A DNA stretch of 64,000 nucleotides from an uncultured virus (IMG/VR IMGVR_UViG_3300028373_000196). Lineage: Duplodnaviria; Heunggongvirae; Uroviricota; Caudoviricetes. Made by a program: the position numbers and the translations under genes. The notes under the pieces were generated by a model. That model saw only the letters and a list, made by a program, of their open reading frames with translations. It was not told the DNA's origin and searched no databases. Shown one piece after another: positions 58,058 through 64,000 of this stretch. Numbering within the stretch: position 1 is the stretch's first letter; each line of letters begins with the position of its first letter. The stretch lies in IMG/VR virus record IMGVR_UViG_3300028373_000196, one strand, 5' to 3'.

Positions 58058-58669
58058 TTATCCCTCGTTGAAGCCGCTGAGGCTTTGTACTCTAACAGTA
58101 TAATCAATTTGTATTAATCTGTTTAAACTTTTTTGAACAGGATGAAATATAACATGTGTTAGCAAACGTCCTGTGTCTGACGACTTGAAACCTTTTAATC
58201 CTAGTTCGTCAAAAACATATAATCCATTGCTGTTACTGCTTGTGTCAAATGCTTCTTGCCCAGACGGCTCGCCATAATCTAATAAGCAACTGATCAAGAT
58301 GTCAGTATAATTAGTTCCTGAAACATGTCGAACTTCTGTTTTGTTCCTAGTAGGATCCACGTTGTTGACACTACGATCGTCAATAACTTTTGTATAAGTT
58401 TGATTGTATAAACTAGCATTTGTTCCAGTTGTGTTCGGAGTTAAATATGTAATAATACCTGTTGGATCCACACTTGTTCCGCCGTTGCCAAAACTCATTT
58501 CGTAGATAAACCCCTGTCCGCGATTGGCCAAGCTTTCTGCTAATGATAAACTCATGTTTTCATAATTAATAGCATTTCGTTTGTTAATAAAGGTTTCTCC
58601 GGATGCTGGGTCAAATATCTTAATATGACCTTCGACGTGTAAACCGCTATATTCTTTTAAATTTGTCAT
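58058..58669 (-). CDS. Conserved structural (baseplate-region) protein
   Basis: EGHIKIFD, FGNGG, FDELGL, THVIFHPVQKS; located within the structural operon. Confidence 0.6.
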   Translation of the reverse strand: MTNLKEYSGLHVEGHIKIFDPASGETFINKRNAINYENMSLSLAESLANRGQGFIYEMSFGNGGTSVDPTGIITYLTPNTTGTNASLYNQTYTKVIDDRSVNNVDPTRNKTEVRHVSGTNYTDILISCLLDYGEPSGQEAFDTSSNSNGLYVFDELGLKGFKSSDTGRLLTHVIFHPVQKSLNRLIQIDYTVRVQSLSGFNEG

Positions 58670-58689
58670 TCCTACCACCTGTATTGTAT

Positions 58690-61600
58690 TTATTTAGGCA
58701 ACTCTATTGTTGCGTTTCGCAAAAAGTTACCTATGATATTATCTGTATTTGCCAACGATTTTCCTTCATCGTTCCACACTTTGCCTACTTTTCGTATGAT
58801 TGAAACCAATTCTCCGTCGGCAGGTGTTATATTATTTCTGTCTAAGTTAAAGACAATAGTATTTCCGTTTAATGTAAATTCCGCGGCTACTGTATTGTCT
58901 CCTTCGGGGCTGTCTTGATGCAACGATGTATTATATCTTTCTATTGAAGCTTTTCTAAGTCTGTGTCCAGCAACAAACACTTCGATTTCGTCAACACTTA
59001 ACGGAGTGTAATCGAGCACAATATCTGTGCTTCCGTCGGACTTGATTGTCTGATTCAAAATTGTATCAGTGTAATTAACAGTCTCGTCTGGCCCTTGGCC
59101 GTATGCTCGTGTTCCGGCGTTATACGTTTCTTTAACGCCAGTTCCTAAAGTACCTCTTCTAAGTTGCTGTACTTGATTACCATTGATTTCAAAGTATTCA
59201 ATTCTTTCGCCATTAATAAACAACACGCCTGGAATATTTTTTGCCTTGTTAGGTTGAAACATTCCAGTTGCATCTTCTAACATAATTCTAATGTCATAAT
59301 AATTTAGCGGATTTAATAGAACATAGCTGTTATCCTGGTTAAGTCTCTTGTAATGAACTCGATTTAACATGTCTTTAAAAATTCTGTATCCAAATTTATT
59401 AGTAACCGGAGTTGCGCCAAATTGTATTACATCAATAACATCATCTTCTGAAGGTGTTTTATACAACTCTATAGTAGTACCTGCAGAATTCAACGAATAA
59501 TCAACTTCAGGAGTTAATAACTCTCCGTTGACTGCAATCCATGCATAACTCGAGTTTGGTATTGTTCCTCTTAATGGAATAAACCCTGTTGCAACTAGAT
59601 TTCTAGTTGCATAATCAAACGAATCCGCAGTTATGTCCGAATCTGTAATGACCTTATATGTAATTCTTTCAAAATTATTAATATCATGATTACTGAACTG
59701 GTATATTTCTACCAAATCGGCAGATTGCGGCGGTGATGTAAAAGTCATTCCTTCGCTTGTAACGTACGACACAGTAGTAACAACAACGTCGGTTGTGTTA
59801 CCATTTGCTGATATAGAAAAATTGTTATTATCTAAAAACGATTCTCTTATTTCTGTGCGCTGGCGCTGTATAGTAAGTGTGTTTGCATTAGTCGACGTAA
59901 CAACTCCGGTATAAACAGTGCTGTCCTCTGCTGATTCCAATGTTAAAGTGTCGCCAGTTGACACAATAGCTGTTATATCAGTGTCAAATATAATTTGTGT
60001 GTCAACAAAATAGTACTCTGCATCCTTGATAACATAAATGTCAAGACGTGTGCCGGCCGGTGCTACTTGAGCTGTCAATAAGTTAATTCGTATATTTACT
60101 GCATCATAAGTGTATTCACTAGAATCCAGCTGCTGATGGTCTGCAAACACAAATACGTCGCTTGCAGTTATAAAGTTATCACTAAACTGCCATTCTTCTA
60201 TGTTATAAACTCGTGAATCAGTCGTTGTATACACAACACTGTATCCGGGGTTTAAGATCTTGTTGCCAACTTTTACAAGTATATTATGAGATATAGGCTT
60301 GTTGTTAAACGGCACAGTGTTGATTGTTCCGTCAAATTTGTGATAATCATTGCTGTTGTTCGCCGTAAATGTTTTGTCAATGGTTACCTGACTGTATGTT
60401 TGTATTAACGTACTGTAAAGGCTGTATTGAACAAAGTCATCAGTTGTCAGCGCACTAACAGAAAACTCAATTTTTACTCTGTTAGGGAATCCATCACCTG
60501 CTGTTGTTTCTGCTAATATATAATCAATGCCACTGGTTAGTACATTGCCGTTAACTGTAATCAGTGCCGACACCTGATCACTCCAAGCAGCTGACGTTAC
60601 AACACTTGTTGTAGTTCCGTCGGAGTAAAAGTTAGTTGTATCAATTAGATTGATTCCGTTTGTGCCAATGGTCGTGATAGCTAAATTTGTACCAATTTGT
60701 AGTGTACCGTCATCAAAGTAGATTTTGCGATTTGTATAATCAATAGTGTATAGATCATTGCCGAGAATTACATTGTCTAATTTAACAATTACACTATCAT
60801 TGGTTTGCGGAATTGCCGGTAATGAAAATTCTACACTTGATCCGTCTATGTTGTAATTTACAGTTCCGATAATACCAACACCGTCTGATGGTCTGTGATA
60901 CACCTGAATGTCCAATGTATCTCTAATTTCTCCCGGAACAAGTTCCTCTGGGCCCTTTGAAGTAGTCGGAGTAACAAAGCCGTCGCCGTCTATGTTAATT
61001 TCTCCGCTGTCAATGCCAGTTGCTGTAGTGTAGCCAAGATTGCCGCCTGACAGTTGTGTGTCGTAGCCAGAAAATATTGTTGCACCATCGCTTGTGCTTT
61101 TTCTAATGACTACAATGTCACCAGCTATTGTTGTTACTAGCTCTTCATCGATTACAATAGTAGTAGAAAACCCGTCACCGGTGATTGTCTGCATAACAGC
61201 GCCAACAGTTGTTACAGGTGTTAGTGTGCCGTAGTTCGGGTCGTCAATTCTTGTTCCGTTTAGATAGAAGTTGTATTCAACCCCGATTTCCAAGGGTTGA
61301 CTTAATTCAAATATTGTTGTGCTACTGTCTAATACAAAGATTTCATCCTGGTTGGTTTCATCAAATGTGTCCCACGGCAATGATCCGTATCCTGCAATGT
61401 CCCATCCTTGGTCAATGCCAAATGTAAAGCTGTCGATTGTTACTCCTGAATATTCGACGCCATCCATTAGTTGCGCTAGGTCGTTGCCCAGCATGCCAGT
61501 TGACGGATTATAGAAGAAGTTGATTCTGTCAGCAGCATCCAGTAAATTAATATCTTTTTGATATTGAATTTCTATCAAAGTATCTATTGCAGGCGGATTT

Positions 61601-64000
61601 ACAAAATCTATGCGGCCGATATATCTGTCATATCCTTTTGATTTGTCTAAGTTATTGCTTATTTCGAAAGTACTTGCAAGCTGGGTGATACCATTAACTG
61701 TAACATTATACGAGTTGGTATTGATATTTATTGGCCATTTTAAGTTAAATATTTCTCTAGAAGAGTTTCCTTCGAAGTTTTCTGTTTTACTCAACTCAGT
61801 AAACACATATGATCCGCTAACTCTATCAAACTTAATAGTCATATGAAACGACCGCACATTACCATTGCCCATAATTGCAACAGCAGTTGCAGGAGTGCTT
61901 CCTGTTTCTTGACTACCAATTAGTGTAATAACCGGGGTGGAATAATACTTTTTACCTGGATTATCGACTACAATAGATTTAACAGAATCTTTGCTCAAGA
62001 AAGCCGAAGCTGTTGTTCCTCGGTTGTTACCAATTTCGACCCTAGGAGTTTCTCTGTAACCATTTCCGCTATTTGCTACATCAATTCTGATAATCTCATA
62101 GCCATTGTTTTCTGTCCACTGACTGAGCGTAGGCTGGAAGTATTCCGACACAAGATTGCTTACAGTGTCGCCGTCGAGCGTTGCCGAACTTGTTTCAATG
62201 TTTTTAGTTACATTATTATACGCAGGCGGCAAATCAAAGTCAGTGGTCAAGGACCCGGTAGGTTCTGTAAATTCATAAGAACTAATATATTCTCTAACCT
62301 TAGTGCTGTAAGGCTTTACTTCATTTACATAATCTTCGTAATTTTCCAAGTTGTCGTTTTGGAATGTAACTTTTTGAGTTAGCTTGCCAAGGTTGTGCTT
62401 TGCTCTAACAAAGCTTGTTTTAAATGCCCAATCAATATTCGATTGCTCTGAGAATGCATATCTCATACTTGCAAAGAATAATTTATTCCACTCAACTGCT
62501 AAGTCGGCATCAAACAAATCGTCTCTTAGCGCAATTAAAAGATTTCTCAATTCAGTTACTGGCTCTCTGTCATAAAACGAGTTATCATAGATAGCTGCAT
62601 CAAATCCGCTTGCAGTAGAAGCGTAGTCATAAATTTTAGTTGAAAATTGTATAGTGCCGTTTTCTCTACCTATCGTCTCATAATTGTCTGTGAAATCTTG
62701 GCCAGAAACATTACTGGTTTTTCTTAAAATAGTCCAGCCGCCTGTGCCAGTATTTTCAATTTTAATAGTATCTCCAATGTTAGTATCAAGGTCGTGCAGT
62801 TTGTAAGTTTGAGAAACAATAATATTAATTGGCGTTAGCGAATTGTAGCCGCCGGCGTACCAATCTGCATATTCCCAGTAACGAGCTGTATCAAACGATT
62901 GGTTGTTAGTTCTTGTCCAGGATTGGCTTGATACATCCCACGAATAGATTGCCCACCGGTTGCCAATTTCTACATCTGAACTAACTAATACACTAAATTT
63001 CCTAACTAATATAGTTGCAGTATCTGAGTAATTGTTTCCTTGAGATTTAATTTTAGCGCTGGTAATCTGTCCAATATTATTAATAGTTACGGTAATTGTT
63101 GCGGCTGTGCCGCTCCGGTCGCTGATTATTATTTCTGGCGCAACAGTATATCCCCTTCCAGGATTTACAATGTTAACACCGACTATACGAGTATTTTCAA
63201 TAATTGGAAGAATTTCTGCTCTCGCAGTTCTAGCAACGCTAACAAATTTCAACTGGTCAACGGTGTCCACAGTAGTATCGTATGCTCCGCTGTTAATATC
63301 CGGAATCTCGTCTTTTGACAATAAAGTGGAAAAATCCGTGTCGTCGACGACTTGATTTGCCATTAATACTTCATTGACTCTTTCAACTACTTGCTTAACA
63401 GCCTCAAGTCTGTTAACAAACATTCCCTGACGAGGAAAGTTTAGAACTCCGTAGCGTTGCTTGATTGGTAATGCAGGATCAGGAACAGAATTAGAATTTT
63501 GATCGTATCCAATTAAACTGTCAAACCACTTGGTTTCTATTTCGTTGTTGATTATACTAGTATCAAGGCCTTCAGTAACTAGCTGGTATTCTCTATGCAC
63601 ATTGGTTTGCAGAGCTGGATCTGCTGCGAAGCTGTAATGCAATACAGTGTTTGATCCTTCGACCAAGCTGCTTGAGTTGTAAATTGCAAATTTATTTGTA
63701 TCAAGAGGTGCTACAAAACGGTAACCGGATGATGCAGGATCTCTAATAAGTCCTGCAACGTCAATTGCGCTCAGTCTTCTCGAAGACAAGCTAGGAACCA
63801 GTCTGTTATTTCTAACCCAGTAAAAATACTTTAGTGCAAAAGATCTCGAAACTCTATCATAAACTCTTTTTGAGCTGTATACGCTATTTCCATAAAGAGA
63901 TATTCCACTAACTCCTTGTGCAAAACCTTCGTTGGTATCGGATATAGCATTCCATTCTGTTGGAAGTAATTTACTGCCAACCCACTCGTATACATCAACT
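58690..64000 (-). CDS. Very large baseplate wedge/tail structural protein, 5'-partial (>1700 aa)
   Basis: The frame stays open to the window edge (VDVYEWVGSKLLP...YFYWVRN...). It has G.GY...P repeats, YVNEVKPY, and LRRGTLGTG. Confidence 0.7.
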   Translation of the reverse strand, partial: VDVYEWVGSKLLPTEWNAISDTNEGFAQGVSGISLYGNSVYSSKRVYDRVSRSFALKYFYWVRNNRLVPSLSSRRLSAIDVAGLIRDPASSGYRFVAPLDTNKFAIYNSSSLVEGSNTVLHYSFAADPALQTNVHREYQLVTEGLDTSIINNEIETKWFDSLIGYDQNSNSVPDPALPIKQRYGVLNFPRQGMFVNRLEAVKQVVERVNEVLMANQVVDDTDFSTLLSKDEIPDINSGAYDTTVDTVDQLKFVSVARTARAEILPIIENTRIVGVNIVNPGRGYTVAPEIIISDRSGTAATITVTINNIGQITSAKIKSQGNNYSDTATILVRKFSVLVSSDVEIGNRWAIYSWDVSSQSWTRTNNQSFDTARYWEYADWYAGGYNSLTPINIIVSQTYKLHDLDTNIGDTIKIENTGTGGWTILRKTSNVSGQDFTDNYETIGRENGTIQFSTKIYDYASTASGFDAAIYDNSFYDREPVTELRNLLIALRDDLFDADLAVEWNKLFFASMRYAFSEQSNIDWAFKTSFVRAKHNLGKLTQKVTFQNDNLENYEDYVNEVKPYSTKVREYISSYEFTEPTGSLTTDFDLPPAYNNVTKNIETSSATLDGDTVSNLVSEYFQPTLSQWTENNGYEIIRIDVANSGNGYRETPRVEIGNNRGTTASAFLSKDSVKSIVVDNPGKKYYSTPVITLIGSQETGSTPATAVAIMGNGNVRSFHMTIKFDRVSGSYVFTELSKTENFEGNSSREIFNLKWPININTNSYNVTVNGITQLASTFEISNNLDKSKGYDRYIGRIDFVNPPAIDTLIEIQYQKDINLLDAADRINFFYNPSTGMLGNDLAQLMDGVEYSGVTIDSFTFGIDQGWDIAGYGSLPWDTFDETNQDEIFVLDSSTTIFELSQPLEIGVEYNFYLNGTRIDDPNYGTLTPVTTVGAVMQTITGDGFSTTIVIDEELVTTIAGDIVVIRKSTSDGATIFSGYDTQLSGGNLGYTTATGIDSGEINIDGDGFVTPTTSKGPEELVPGEIRDTLDIQVYHRPSDGVGIIGTVNYNIDGSSVEFSLPAIPQTNDSVIVKLDNVILGNDLYTIDYTNRKIYFDDGTLQIGTNLAITTIGTNGINLIDTTNFYSDGTTTSVVTSAAWSDQVSALITVNGNVLTSGIDYILAETTAGDGFPNRVKIEFSVSALTTDDFVQYSLYSTLIQTYSQVTIDKTFTANNSNDYHKFDGTINTVPFNNKPISHNILVKVGNKILNPGYSVVYTTTDSRVYNIEEWQFSDNFITASDVFVFADHQQLDSSEYTYDAVNIRINLLTAQVAPAGTRLDIYVIKDAEYYFVDTQIIFDTDITAIVSTGDTLTLESAEDSTVYTGVVTSTNANTLTIQRQRTEIRESFLDNNNFSISANGNTTDVVVTTVSYVTSEGMTFTSPPQSADLVEIYQFSNHDINNFERITYKVITDSDITADSFDYATRNLVATGFIPLRGTIPNSSYAWIAVNGELLTPEVDYSLNSAGTTIELYKTPSEDDVIDVIQFGATPVTNKFGYRIFKDMLNRVHYKRLNQDNSYVLLNPLNYYDIRIMLEDATGMFQPNKAKNIPGVLFINGERIEYFEINGNQVQQLRRGTLGTGVKETYNAGTRAYGQGPDETVNYTDTILNQTIKSDGSTDIVLDYTPLSVDEIEVFVAGHRLRKASIERYNTSLHQDSPEGDNTVAAEFTLNGNTIVFNLDRNNITPADGELVSIIRKVGKVWNDEGKSLANTDNIIGNFLRNATIELPK

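Noticed and set aside
1..64000. Genome-wide stop-codon reassignment suggested by the two in-frame stops
   Set aside because: TAG and TGA terminate many clear genes (polB ends TAG; many ATGA overlaps), coding density is already high under the standard code, and the two cases involve different codons.
1..64000. tRNA, rRNA, CRISPR arrays, IS elements
   Set aside because: None recognised; intergenic gaps are short and explained by promoters, hairpins or the intron. tRNAscan was not run.

Overview
This is a 64-kb slice of a large (jumbo) myovirus-like dsDNA phage genome. It is gene-dense, uses the standard code, and has sigma70-type promoters plus a recurrent T4-late-like ATAAATA motif. All family calls come from motifs read by eye; no searches were run. 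The + strand arm (1-23.8 kb) carries the C-terminal half of a fractured family B DNA polymerase (C-intein fragment preceded by a Vsr-like endonuclease), nucleotide-sugar genes and a probable clamp. It also has a 7-deazaguanine DNA-modification neighbourhood (DpdA/TGT-like, QueD-like, FolE, QueE) interleaved with a glycosyltransferase, GalE, a phosphoribosyltransferase and a PD-(D/E)xK nuclease, followed by an RNase H/5'-exonuclease, a MoxR ATPase/VWA pair and a fibre-like protein. The - strand arm (23.7-64 kb) carries baseplate and tail-fibre structural genes, followed directly by a ~28-kb tailoring-enzyme cluster: 7 intact radical SAM enzymes, ~7 Fe/2OG-type oxygenases, glycosyltransferases, UDP-sugar dehydrogenase, QueC-like, kinase-like, desaturase, PLP enzyme, and methyl-, acetyl- and sulfotransferase-like proteins. 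The strongest sequence-level discoveries are: (1) a 255-nt ORF-less group I intron splitting the CxxxCxxC motif of a radical SAM gene; (2) the split-intein polymerase; (3) a chimeric radical SAM with a duplicated C-terminus; (4) an RBS-sequestering hairpin overlapping a late promoter; (5) two genes interrupted by single in-frame stops.
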